Below are positions 47,691 to 57,194 of a stretch of 64,000 bases of DNA, in pieces. The notes under the pieces are model-generated. The model worked only from the letters and a program-made list of their open reading frames with translations, was not told the origin of the DNA and made no database searches. Both the position numbers and the translations under genes were made by a program. The number at the start of each line of letters is the position of its first letter. The first letter of the stretch is position 1. The stretch comes from Opitutia bacterium (GTDB lineage: Bacteria; Verrucomicrobiota; Verrucomicrobiia; Opitutales; T3Sed10-336), in the NCBI GenBank assembly GCA_050506795.1, contig JBJHCF010000004.1, forward strand, positions 64,001-128,000, written 5' to 3'.

Positions 47691-50600
47691 ATGACTACGG
47701 AAAACACGGATAACCGATCCCTGACTCGGCTGCTGGCCGTCCAGACTCAGGTCGCGTTCAACGACAACGCGGCCAAATTGATGCTCATCCTCCTCGCGGG
47801 CGCGCCGGGGGTGCTCCCGCCCGAGTGGGTGGTGCCGGTGATCGGCACACTGACCGCGCTCTTGGTGGCCCCTTTTATTGGATTCTCACCTTTTGCCGGC
47901 TGGCTGGCGGACCGGTATTCCAAACGAACCGTCCTGCAGGCGGGTTTGGCCTTGCAGGTCGGAGTGATGGCCGCTTTGGGGGCCGTTTTGTACGTCGAAA
48001 GCATGGTGGGAGCGCTGGTTTGTTTCGGGTTCCTGGCGGTGCAGTCGGCGCTTTTTTCTCCGGCCAAGAGGGGTATCCTCAAGGAACTGGTCGGCTCGTC
48101 CCGGCTTTCGCTGGCGGTCGGTTGGATGGAGATGCTGACCATCGCCGCGATACTGATCGGGAGTCTGGGCGGGGCTCTGATGTTCGACTATTTCACGCGC
48201 GCCACGTCCGGTCCCTTTGCCGGGGCCTTTCTGGTGGCCTGCGTGCTTTTCGCGGCCTCGATCCTGGCCTGGTTTTTGTTCCAGGGGGTGGCTGCGACGC
48301 CGTCCCAGAGCCGGGAAGCCTATCGTCACCGTATCTGGTGGCGGCATCTTGCCGATCTGACCGAGCTTTGGCGCGACCGCCCGCTTTTTCGCGCGGGTCT
48401 GGGCGGCACCTGGTTTTTCAGCCTGGGCGGAGCCCTTTATCTGACCCTGACGCAGGTCGCGCGTGAAGCTTACGGCGGCGATGCCGGAACCGGGGCGTTC
48501 ACAGCGTTGATGCTGGGCCTGCTGGGCGTCGGAACGGTGGCGGGGCACCTCTCGGCCGGTTTGTTGTCGCGCGGCCGGGTCGAACTGGGGCTGGTCCCGA
48601 TCGGTTGCCTCGGATTGGCCGCCGGCCTGGGTATTCTGGCCGCGGGAACGCCGGGGACGGTGTTTTTCAGCGCCGGTTTGCTCGGCCTTGGGTTTGCCGG
48701 CGGGCTTTTCCTGGTTCCGCTTTACGCCTATATCCAGGACCAGGCCGGCGATCATCGCCGCGGCCGGATTCTCGCCGCGGTGAATATCATGGAAAGCCTG
48801 GGCGGCCTGGCGGCCGCGGGCGCGTACGTTTTTATGGCGCGTTTCCTGGGATTGGATTCGTCGGGCCAGTTGTTCGTGATGCTGGGGGCAACGCTCCTGA
48901 TCGGACTCTATCTCGTGCGCCTTTTGCCCGACAGTTTTGTCCGGGCGGTGGCGCGCTGCCTGGCGTTTCCCATTTACCGGCTGCGGGTGCGGGGGCTGGA
49001 AAACCTGCCGCGCGAGGGTGGGGGAATCGTGATCGCCAATCACGTTTCGCAACTCGACGCCGTCATGTTGCAGTTCGCCTGCCCGCGTCAGCTGCATTTT
49101 ATGGGGTTCGAGGGACTGCGGCGCTTTCGCTGGTTGCGTTGGGCGTTTCGGTTGTTCGCGGTCATTCCGGTTTCCGATCGTCGCGCGAAAGACGCCATCC
49201 GGGCCGCCGCCGAGCGCGCCGCGGCGGGCGAGCTGGTCTGCATCTTTCCGGAAGGTGCGATTTCGCGGACCGGAACCTTGCAGGAGTTGAAGCGGGGATT
49301 CGCACTCATGGCCCGGCAGTCGCGAACCCCGGTGTTTCCGGTCTATCTCGATTCGCTTTGGGGATCGATTTTTTCCTACCGCGGGGGCCGGCTGTTCTGG
49401 AAGCGTCCCCGCCGGTTTCCCTACCCGGTACACGTCCACTTCGGGGAACCGATTCCCTGGGAAGAGGCCTCGCCCAACCGCGCCCGGCAGGCATTGCTGG
49501 ACCTTGGAGAGACGGCGTTTGGCGAACGCCCGGAACTGCGCCGTCACTTGGGCCGGGCCTGTGTGCGGGCGCTGGGACGGAAACCGTGGCGGGAGGCGTT
49601 TATCGATTGGACCGGTGATCGGCGCTCGGTTTCCCGGGGGAAACTTCTGGCGGTTTCCGTCGCGCTCAGCCGGAGGATTCGCGAAATGACGCCCGAACGC
49701 CGCGTCGGCATTGTCCTGCCGCCGGGAGCGGGCGGCGCCATCGCCAACCTGGCGGTGGTTTTGGCCGGGAAAATTCCGGTGAACCTGAACTTCACCGCGG
49801 GACGGGCGGCCATCGAATCCAGTTTGGACCGAGGAGAGATCGGTACCGTGCTTACCGCCGGGGCCATGAAAGCCAAGGTGGGGGACTTTCCCTGGCCGGC
49901 CAGGACTCTGGATATCGCTGAGGAAATCCGGTCCTGCGGGCGCGCGTCCATCGTCGCCTGGCTGGTAGCGACGTGGATCCTGCCGGCGTCCGTCATGGCT
50001 TGGCGTTTAAACCTGCCGCGGCACGGCGATCATGACGAGGCCGGCCTGCTCTTCACCAGTGGCAGTTCCGGAGAACCCAAGGGCGTGGCGCTTACCCACC
50101 GCAACATTCTGGGCAACGTCGAGCAAATCGACGAAATGGGTGTGCTGCGGGATACGGATACCGTGCTGGGCTCCCTGCCGCTTTTCCACAGCTTCGGGTT
50201 CACCGTGACCCTCTGGTGCGCGATTCTTAAGGGCGTTCGGGTCGCCACCGTGCCTTCGCCGCTCGATGCCCGCCGGATCGCGCGGGTGATCGGTGAGGAA
50301 GGAGCGACGGTGCATGTCGGCACGCCGACTTTTCTGCGCATGCTGATGCGTCAGGCCGAACCGGACCAGTTGCGCTCCCTCCGCCTGGTGATTTCCGGCG
50401 CGGAGAAGTTGTCCGACGAATTGGCCGCGGCCTTTCGCGAGCGTTTCGGGGTATCCGTTCTGCAGGGTTACGGGCTCACCGAAACCAGTCCGGTGGCGGC
50501 GGTCAATGTTCCGGATCCCGAGCGTCCGCGCGTCAGCATGGGAAGGCATCTGGGACAAAAACCCGGCGCCGTCGGCCGGCTTGCTCCCGGCATGACCGCT

Positions 50601-51152
50601 CGTATTGTTTCGGCCGATACGGGGAAGGAACTTCCTCTCGGCGAACCGGGAATTCTTCGGCTGAAAGGAGTGAATGTGTTTTCCGGATACCTCGGCGACG
50701 AGGAGAGCACACGGGATTGTTTTGACCGGGAGTGGTTCGTCACCGGGGATATCGCCCGCATCGACAAAGACGGATTTGTCTTTATCGAGGGCCGCCTTTC
50801 GCGGTTCTCGAAAATCGGCGGCGAAATGGTGCCGCATACGCTGGTGGAGGAAAAAATCGTGGCGGCCCTGGAACTGGAGGATCGCGAAGAGCCCGCGGTG
50901 GCGGTGACCGGGGTTTCGGATCCGTCGAAAGGGGAGGCGCTCGTCCTGCTCAGCGCGATCGAAGTGAGCGTCGATACCCTGCGCCGCAAACTGGGGGAAC
51001 ACGGCTTTCCCAATCTTTGGATTCCCAGGATCATACGGCGGGTGGACCGCATCCCCTTGCTCGGTTCCGGCAAGCTGGACCTCAAATCCTGCCGCAACAT
51101 GGCACTCGGCGGGACCACGACCCCGGCGATCGCCGCAGCGACGGGCGGGTAG
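47691..51152 (+). CDS. aas: LplT-MFS / acyltransferase / acyl-ACP synthetase fusion (Aas-like)
   Basis: AFNDN and FSPAKRG (LplT); NHVSQLD and FPEG (acyltransferase); FTSGSSGEPKG, GYGLTE, TGD, SGKLD (AMP-binding). Confidence 0.92.
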   Translation: MTTENTDNRSLTRLLAVQTQVAFNDNAAKLMLILLAGAPGVLPPEWVVPVIGTLTALLVAPFIGFSPFAGWLADRYSKRTVLQAGLALQVGVMAALGAVLYVESMVGALVCFGFLAVQSALFSPAKRGILKELVGSSRLSLAVGWMEMLTIAAILIGSLGGALMFDYFTRATSGPFAGAFLVACVLFAASILAWFLFQGVAATPSQSREAYRHRIWWRHLADLTELWRDRPLFRAGLGGTWFFSLGGALYLTLTQVAREAYGGDAGTGAFTALMLGLLGVGTVAGHLSAGLLSRGRVELGLVPIGCLGLAAGLGILAAGTPGTVFFSAGLLGLGFAGGLFLVPLYAYIQDQAGDHRRGRILAAVNIMESLGGLAAAGAYVFMARFLGLDSSGQLFVMLGATLLIGLYLVRLLPDSFVRAVARCLAFPIYRLRVRGLENLPREGGGIVIANHVSQLDAVMLQFACPRQLHFMGFEGLRRFRWLRWAFRLFAVIPVSDRRAKDAIRAAAERAAAGELVCIFPEGAISRTGTLQELKRGFALMARQSRTPVFPVYLDSLWGSIFSYRGGRLFWKRPRRFPYPVHVHFGEPIPWEEASPNRARQALLDLGETAFGERPELRRHLGRACVRALGRKPWREAFIDWTGDRRSVSRGKLLAVSVALSRRIREMTPERRVGIVLPPGAGGAIANLAVVLAGKIPVNLNFTAGRAAIESSLDRGEIGTVLTAGAMKAKVGDFPWPARTLDIAEEIRSCGRASIVAWLVATWILPASVMAWRLNLPRHGDHDEAGLLFTSGSSGEPKGVALTHRNILGNVEQIDEMGVLRDTDTVLGSLPLFHSFGFTVTLWCAILKGVRVATVPSPLDARRIARVIGEEGATVHVGTPTFLRMLMRQAEPDQLRSLRLVISGAEKLSDELAAAFRERFGVSVLQGYGLTETSPVAAVNVPDPERPRVSMGRHLGQKPGAVGRLAPGMTARIVSADTGKELPLGEPGILRLKGVNVFSGYLGDEESTRDCFDREWFVTGDIARIDKDGFVFIEGRLSRFSKIGGEMVPHTLVEEKIVAALELEDREEPAVAVTGVSDPSKGEALVLLSAIEVSVDTLRRKLGEHGFPNLWIPRIIRRVDRIPLLGSGKLDLKSCRNMALGGTTTPAIAAATGG

Positions 51153-51167
51153 AGCTACCAATCAAGA

Positions 51168-51194
51168 GTGGAGGGCGGCGCTCCTGCGCCGCCG
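51168..51194 (+). repeat. REP-like palindrome, TGGAGGGC family
   Basis: GTGGAGGGCGGCGCTCCTGCGCCGCCG; related copies at 54226, 54288, 57078, 57111, 61769. Confidence 0.75.
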
Positions 51195-51245
51195 CCTCCC
51201 GTTCTGGCGGATTTGCCCAACCGGTCGGAGTCGCAACCAATCGGC

Positions 51246-51419
51246 TCAATCACTACTGCGGCGGTGTTGCCGCCAGTTGTTGCGGTACTTGCGGATCCAG
51301 TCGAGCAGGGCACGCTCAAAACCGATGTCGCGCCCTGCTTTCTCGGACTCAATCCACTTGTGCTTTAGGATTTCCTCACGCTCGGCGAGAAACTCCCGGT
51401 AAAGGTTGGAGTGAGCCAT
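51246..51419 (-). CDS. DUF4032-like small protein
   Basis: EREEILKHKWIESEKAGRDIGFERALLDW. Confidence 0.8.
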   Translation of the reverse strand: MAHSNLYREFLAEREEILKHKWIESEKAGRDIGFERALLDWIRKYRNNWRQHRRSSD

Positions 51420-51630
51420 AAAGGGCTCCGCTGTCGGAGCGGAAGTCGTGTGATTTTGAGTGCGGTCACCCTTCATACTAAGTGGCGGAATATGAAACCC
51501 TTGATTATCTTTTCAGAAAAAAGTGCGACATTCAATATCAAACGAAGCTTTTCATTCCGAATATGCGTTTGTAAGGCGACCGAAGTGGTAACATTACAGT
51601 GCGATACATTACGGGTGGTGATGAGGAATG

Positions 51631-52692
51631 TCAACCCAGTGTCTGGAGGATCTTGTCGGCGATGGCAAAGAACGCGGCGGCCTCCTTGCCCTCCGGGTCC
51701 GCGATGACGATCGGAATGCCATTGTCCCCGGCTTCCCGGATACCGGGGTGCAGGGGAACCTGACCGAGAAAGGCGGTTTCCAAGTCCTCCGCCGTGCGCT
51801 GCCCGCCGCCTTCCCCGAAGATCGCGGTGCGGACGCCGGTCGCCGGATCCTCGAGGTAGCTCATGTTTTCAGCCACCCCAAGCAGGGGAACGTTGACCTT
51901 GTCGAACATGCGGGCGCCCTTTCGCGCCACGTTTACGGCGGCGGGTTGGGGAGTGGTGACAATGACAGCGCCGTCGAGAGGAATCGTTTGCACCAGAGAC
52001 AAATGGGCATCGCCGGTGCCGGGGGGGAGATCGACCACCAGCAAATCCAAATCGCCCCAGTCGACGTTCTGGGCGAACTGTTGAATGGTTTTCATGATCA
52101 TGGGTCCGCGCCAAACCACCGGGCTGTCGTCGTCCACCAGAAGCCCCATCGACATCACCTTGATGCCGAAGTTTTCCAGGGGGAGAATGGTGTTGTCGAC
52201 CACCTCGGGTCGGCCGCGGATACCGATCATCAGCGGGACGCTGGGGCCGTAGATGTCGCAGTCCATGATACCCACCCCGTGGGTGCCACCCCGTTCCCTA
52301 AGTCGCTGCTCCAGCGCGCAGGCCAGATTAACGGCGAACGTTGATTTGCCCACGCCGCCTTTGCCGCTGGCGACGGCGATGGCCCTTTTGACCCCCCTGA
52401 TCGGGGTCTGACCGCTCATGGGCGAACCGCCGGCCGCCGGCTGCTGTTTCGGTTGAGTAACCGCAACTTCGACGTTCACCCCGTTTACACCGTCAATGGC
52501 GCCGAGTTTCTCCTCGACCTCTCGTTTGATCTGCGCCGGCACTTTCGGGTCCGCCGTGGTTACGGCGAGCTGCACGGCGGCGATCCCGTCGTTCAGGTCG
52601 AGCCCGCGAATCAACCCGAAGGAAACAATGTCGCGGCTGAACCCCGGGTAATTAATGGTCTTGAGTGCGTTTTGTATGGCTTGCAATGACAC
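51631..52692 (-). CDS. mrp: Mrp/ApbC Fe-S carrier ATPase
   Basis: SGKGGVGKST, DIYGPS, WRGPM, DLPPGTGD, VTTPQ, ENMS. Start uncertain. Confidence 0.93.
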   Translation of the reverse strand: MSLQAIQNALKTINYPGFSRDIVSFGLIRGLDLNDGIAAVQLAVTTADPKVPAQIKREVEEKLGAIDGVNGVNVEVAVTQPKQQPAAGGSPMSGQTPIRGVKRAIAVASGKGGVGKSTFAVNLACALEQRLRERGGTHGVGIMDCDIYGPSVPLMIGIRGRPEVVDNTILPLENFGIKVMSMGLLVDDDSPVVWRGPMIMKTIQQFAQNVDWGDLDLLVVDLPPGTGDAHLSLVQTIPLDGAVIVTTPQPAAVNVARKGARMFDKVNVPLLGVAENMSYLEDPATGVRTAIFGEGGGQRTAEDLETAFLGQVPLHPGIREAGDNGIPIVIADPEGKEAAAFFAIADKILQTLG

Positions 52693-52763
52693 GGATTTGG
52701 CCCGGTTTCGGTTGGAAATGGCCATCTTCGGTACCTGTGCCGTCGAGGTCAATACCACTCACT

Positions 52764-52819
52764 TTAAATCTGAAATTTGAAATCTGGAATTTGAAATTTG
52801 AAAGCTGAGACCTGAGATT
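52764..52819. repeat. Heptamer tandem array (TGAAATY) x8, degenerate
   Basis: TTAAATC TGAAATT TGAAATC TGGAATT TGAAATT TGAAAGC TGAGACC TGAGATT. Confidence 0.85.
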
Positions 52820-52902
52820 TCCACCCGGTCCTGCCGATTTCCAGATCGGTGGTTGCCTTGTCCCGAAAGGCCGTTTTAAGAGAAATGGATTTATCGAAAG
52901 CA

Positions 52903-54126
52903 ATGTGCCGAATCATGTGTAAATCTTTTGTTTTCCTCCTTTCCGCCGTCGCTTTCGCGATCGCGGCCGTCGACCTCCGCGGACAGGGGCGCCAGGTGCA
53001 AATCGACGACATTGTGGCGCGTGGTGAGCGGGTGTTCAGCGTCGACGTGGTTTCCAATGATGAGAACCTGCGGAATCTCCTGAGACGGGCCTTTCGCACC
53101 CACGGCCAGTTCTCCCTGGCCGAGAATCGAAGCCGGGCGGACTTTGTGTTCGAGGTGGTCGTGCAGGGTGAGAACCGGGTCCGGCTGCGAATTCAGTCCG
53201 GATCGCCGTTGCAGACGCTGCACGAGGAATCGGTGAGCGGCGATACCGTCAGGCAGGCGGCCTTGCGGGCCGGCGATGTGGCGGTCAGACGCACCACCGG
53301 CCTCCCGGGGTATTTTTCCGGACGGTTGACCTTCATCGGTCAGCAAAGCGGTCACCGGGAGGTTTACATGTCGGACCTTTTTTTGGGAGAGCGACGTCAG
53401 CTTACCACCGACCGCTCAAAGTCTGTGAGTCCACGTTGGTCGCCGGACGGACGCCGGATCATCTACACCGGTTATTACCGGTCGGGATTTCCGGATATTT
53501 TTGTGATCGACACCGCCGGCATGCGCCGGACCCCGCTGGTGACCTTTCGCGGCACCAACACCGGGGCCCGTTTCAGTCCCGACGGCAGTCGCATTTCCAT
53601 GGTGCTCTCGGGTGAAGGCACTCCCGAGGTCTACGTGGCGGACTCCTCCGCCCGCAATGCGCGCCGGTTGACCCGCACCGGGGGCAGCGTGCAGTCCTCG
53701 CCGACCTGGTCGCCCAACGGGCGGGAGCTGATTTTTGTTTCCGACCGTGACGGCCGGCCGCAGCTTTACCGGATGACGGCCGAGGGAGAGAATATGCGGC
53801 GCATTCCCACCGACATCAGTCGCTACTGCGCCGAACCCGACTGGAACCCGGTGAATCCCAACCAAATCGCGTTCACCGCCGCGGTGGCCGGACGATTCGC
53901 GGTGGCGGTGTATGACTTTTCCACCCGGCAGAGTCGTTTCGTGACCCAGGGGCCGCAGGACGCGATCGAGCCGCGCTGGACCAACGACGGAAGGCACCTG
54001 ATCTACACCTTGCGCAGCGCGAATCAGGAGGTATTGGCCATCCTGGATACCGTGACCGGCAAATCGACTCCGTTGAGCGATGGCAGCCTGGGCCGACTTT
54101 CCCAGGCCGACTTCCTGATGCCCTAG
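52903..54126 (+). CDS. tolB: TolB-like beta-propeller protein
   Basis: Signal peptide and PD40 repeats (SPRWSPDG, FSPDG, SPTWSPNG, PDWNP, PRWTNDG). Start uncertain. Confidence 0.85.
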   Translation: MCRIMCKSFVFLLSAVAFAIAAVDLRGQGRQVQIDDIVARGERVFSVDVVSNDENLRNLLRRAFRTHGQFSLAENRSRADFVFEVVVQGENRVRLRIQSGSPLQTLHEESVSGDTVRQAALRAGDVAVRRTTGLPGYFSGRLTFIGQQSGHREVYMSDLFLGERRQLTTDRSKSVSPRWSPDGRRIIYTGYYRSGFPDIFVIDTAGMRRTPLVTFRGTNTGARFSPDGSRISMVLSGEGTPEVYVADSSARNARRLTRTGGSVQSSPTWSPNGRELIFVSDRDGRPQLYRMTAEGENMRRIPTDISRYCAEPDWNPVNPNQIAFTAAVAGRFAVAVYDFSTRQSRFVTQGPQDAIEPRWTNDGRHLIYTLRSANQEVLAILDTVTGKSTPLSDGSLGRLSQADFLMP

Positions 54127-54225
54127 GAGTCTGTCGGGCTTCGCCGACAGCCTCCTGGTCCAAATCCGACTCGGATGATGCGGTCCATTGTTGGAGAAAC
54201 CGAATCGAAATCGCGCCTCAGCTTA

Positions 54226-54313
54226 CTGGAGGGCGGCGCTCCCGCGCCGCCGCCGTGATACAGGCATTCCTGCCTGTCAATCTCGCGCGGCCATGCGGGG
54301 CATGGCCTTCCAG
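54226..54313. repeat. REPIN-like inverted REP pair enclosing another palindrome
   Basis: CTGGAGGGCGGCGCTCCCGCGCCGCCG (+), ACAGGCATTCCTGCCTGT at 54260-54277, CTGGAAGGCCATGCCCCGCATGGCCG (-). Confidence 0.72.
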
Positions 54314-54325
54314 AGGAAGATCATA

Positions 54326-54365
54326 AAAAAAAGCGGGCCGCGTCTGAACGCGGCCCGCTTTTTTG
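54326..54365. terminator. Bidirectional intrinsic terminator (sodA/tolB)
   Basis: AAAAAAAGCGGGCCGCGT-CTGA-ACGCGGCCCGCTTTTTT. Confidence 0.85.
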
Positions 54366-54370
54366 TCGGT

Positions 54371-54988
54371 TTATCCGAAGTTCTTTTCCGCCTGATCCCA
54401 ATCGACGACGTTCCAGAAAGCGGCGATGTAGTCGGGCCGCCGGTTCTGGTAATTGAGATAGTAGGCGTGCTCCCACACGTCGAGCCCGATGATTGGTTTG
54501 CCCGGGCAATCCACCAGGCCCTTCATCAACGGAGAATCCTGGTTGGCGGTGGAGCAGATGCAAAGGGAGCCATCGTCCTTTTTGCAGAGCCACGCCCAGC
54601 CGCTGCCGAATCGGCCGACGGCGGCATCGGCGAACTGTTTCTTGAAATCGTCGAAGCTTCCGAAAGCCTGGTCGATGGCGTCGGCCAAATTGCCCTTGGG
54701 AGCGCCGCCGCCTTTGGGCGAGAGGATGGTCCAGAAAAAGCGGTGGTTGGAATGACCGCCGGCGTTGTTGCGTAGCGCGGTCCGGATCTTTTCCGGCGCC
54801 TGGGAAAGGTCGGCGATCAGTTCATCGACGTCTTTCGAAGCCAGCTCAGGGGCGGATTCGAGCGCGGCGTTCGCCTTGTCCACGTAGGTTTTGTGGTGCT
54901 TGGAGTGATGGATTTCCATCGTCTTCGCATCGATGTGCGGCTCCAGCGCGTTATAGTCGTAGTCGAGTTTCGGGAGTTCGTAGGCCAT
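54371..54988 (-). CDS. sodA: Superoxide dismutase, Mn-type signature
   Basis: [36 protein letters not shown]. Confidence 0.95.
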   Translation of the reverse strand: MAYELPKLDYDYNALEPHIDAKTMEIHHSKHHKTYVDKANAALESAPELASKDVDELIADLSQAPEKIRTALRNNAGGHSNHRFFWTILSPKGGGAPKGNLADAIDQAFGSFDDFKKQFADAAVGRFGSGWAWLCKKDDGSLCICSTANQDSPLMKGLVDCPGKPIIGLDVWEHAYYLNYQNRRPDYIAAFWNVVDWDQAEKNFG

Positions 54989-55038
54989 AGTCATTTCCTT
55001 CTGTTGAGATTAGTTTCGAATGTACAGGTAAACTTTGC

Positions 55039-55587
55039 TTACTCAGGGGATTCCGTTTCGTCAACCGCTGACGGAAGGGAATTTCGCTTTTCCCGGAAGA
55101 ACGCCTGCAGCAATTGCCGGCATTCCGGCTCCAGAATACCTCGGGTGATGGAGAAATGGTGATTGATCGTCGGAATGCCGTTGAGATCGGTCACCCCGCC
55201 CAGACAACCCATCCTGGGGTCGGGTACGGCGTAAACCACACGGGCCAGCCGCGACATCAGTGCGGCTCCGGAACACATGGGGCAGGGCTCCTTGGTCACA
55301 AAAAGGGTGGCTCCGTTCAGGCGCCAGTCTCCCAGGGCGCGCGAGGCCTGAGTGAGAGCGAGCATTTCGGCGTGGGCGGTGGGGTCGCCGGTGGACTCGA
55401 CCTCGTTGTGGGCGGCCGCGATCGGCTCGCCGCCGTATTCGATCACGGCTCCGATGGGAACCTCATCGCGCCGCCAGCCGTCGATGGCCTGATTGTAGGC
55501 CAGAGTCATAAAAAAGGCGTCGTCGCGCAGCAACTGGGACGGAAAGCGCTTGGGAAACGGACAATCGTTGGCGGAATCACGCATCAT
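55039..55587 (-). CDS. tadA: tRNA adenosine deaminase
   Basis: EVPIGAV, TAHAE, EPCPMC, LLQAFF. Confidence 0.92.
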   Translation of the reverse strand: MMRDSANDCPFPKRFPSQLLRDDAFFMTLAYNQAIDGWRRDEVPIGAVIEYGGEPIAAAHNEVESTGDPTAHAEMLALTQASRALGDWRLNGATLFVTKEPCPMCSGAALMSRLARVVYAVPDPRMGCLGGVTDLNGIPTINHHFSITRGILEPECRQLLQAFFREKRNSLPSAVDETESPE

Positions 55588-55713
55588 GGACCGTTCTCGT
55601 CCTGCCGAATTGGCGTTGACTTTGAATTCGAGAGCTCATCATACACGTTTTAACTGGATTTTTATGCGGCTATGTCCATATTATTCCAGGTTTACGTAGT
55701 TCAGACATCATTT

Positions 55714-56004
55714 ATGGCAGAAAATCAATCGATCGAAGTAGAAGGCAAGATAGTGGCGGTGCTTCCGGGGACCATGTTTCGGGTTCAGCTCAAGAACGAC
55801 CACGTGGTCCTGGCTCATATCTCAGGAAAGCTGCGCAAGCATTTCATCAAAATCACCACCGGCGATTTCGTGAAGATGGAGATGAGCCCCTACGATCTGG
55901 ATAAAGCCCGCATCACCTACCGTCTGAAAAACGCCAACGCCCAGCAGCGCAACGCCCCCATTCGCAGTTACGGTCCCCGCGGTTCCCGTCCCAAGAAGCG
56001 CTGA
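55714..56004 (+). CDS. infA: Translation initiation factor IF-1 with basic C-terminal extension
   Basis: [38 protein letters not shown]. Confidence 0.95.
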   Translation: MAENQSIEVEGKIVAVLPGTMFRVQLKNDHVVLAHISGKLRKHFIKITTGDFVKMEMSPYDLDKARITYRLKNANAQQRNAPIRSYGPRGSRPKKR

Positions 56005-56106
56005 TTTTCCCTTTCACTCTACCTTCCCCGGCCGATCCCCGCGGCCAATGTCAATTGCCGGCGGCTTGACTTCCACCGGTGTTGCTCGAAACAATCCGGA
56101 CCAATT

Positions 56107-57054
56107 ATGGCATCTATTTTTCCTGATATCGTCTCCACCGTGGGTAACACCCCCTTGGTCAAATTGAACCGGATCGCGGCCAATCTGGATGCCGAGGTGT
56201 ACCTGAAGTGCGAATTCTTCAATCCCTTGGCCAGCGTAAAGGACCGGATTGGTTATGCCATGATCGACGCCGGGGAAAAGGACGGGTTGATTAAGGAGGA
56301 TACCATCATCGTCGAACCGACCTCCGGCAACACCGGCATCGCCCTGGCCTTTGTCTGCGCGGCCAAGGGTCTGCGTCTGATTCTCACCATGCCCGAAACC
56401 ATGTCCATCGAGCGGCGGGTGCTGCTGCGCATGCTGGGGGCGGAAATTGTGCTCACGCCCGGGAGCGAGGGTATGCCCGGAGCCGTGCGCCGGGCGCGGG
56501 AGATTCTCGAAGAGCAAAAGGAGCACGGGTTTATGCCACAGCAATTTGAAAACCCGGCCAACCCCGAAATCCATCGCCGGACGACCGCCGAGGAAATCTG
56601 GGCCGCCACCCAGGGCGAAATCGACGTCTTTGTTTCCGGGGTCGGCACCGGCGGCACGATTACCGGGGTTTCGGAAGTGATCAAGAAACGGCGGAACCTC
56701 ATCAGTATCGCGGTCGAGCCCGAAGCCAGCCCCGTGATCTCCGGCGGCAATCCCGGCCCTCACAAAATTCAGGGCATCGGCGCGGGTTTTATCCCCAAGA
56801 ATCTGAACACCGACATTATCGACGAAGTGATCCAGGTCTCCAACGAAAATGCCCTGGAAACAGCCCGCGAACTCGCTCTCACCGATGGCATCCTCGGCGG
56901 TATTTCCACCGGCGCCAACACCTGGGCCGCCTTGCAGGTCGCCCGGCGCCCGGAGATGGCGGGCAAAAAGATCGTCACCGTCGCTTGCAGCTTCGGCGAA
57001 CGTTACCTGAGCACGCTCCTGGCGGAAAAAGCACGCCAGGAAGTCACCATCTGA
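56107..57054 (+). CDS. cysK: Cysteine synthase A
   Basis: [45 protein letters not shown]. Confidence 0.96.
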   Translation: MASIFPDIVSTVGNTPLVKLNRIAANLDAEVYLKCEFFNPLASVKDRIGYAMIDAGEKDGLIKEDTIIVEPTSGNTGIALAFVCAAKGLRLILTMPETMSIERRVLLRMLGAEIVLTPGSEGMPGAVRRAREILEEQKEHGFMPQQFENPANPEIHRRTTAEEIWAATQGEIDVFVSGVGTGGTITGVSEVIKKRRNLISIAVEPEASPVISGGNPGPHKIQGIGAGFIPKNLNTDIIDEVIQVSNENALETARELALTDGILGGISTGANTWAALQVARRPEMAGKKIVTVACSFGERYLSTLLAEKARQEVTI

Positions 57055-57077
57055 CCGCACTCCCAAAGCCGCCGCCC

Positions 57078-57167
57078 CGGCAACGGCGGAGCGTTGCCCT
57101 CCACAAAACGCTGGAGGGCCATGCTCCGGCATGGCCGCCGCCGGGAACGCGGGCATCTTGCCCGCTC
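57078..57167. repeat. Composite REP cluster
   Basis: Divergent TGGAGGGC-family REPs (57078-57104 -, 57111-57137 +) plus CCGGGAACGCGGGCATCTTGCCCGCTC (57141-57167). Confidence 0.75.
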
Positions 57168-57194
57168 ACGCATGGCCGCCGCCGAACCGGCGGT

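Noticed and set aside
52764..52819. Coding repeat or CRISPR array
   Set aside because: 7-bp units without spacers; the overlapping ORFs are low-complexity artefacts.
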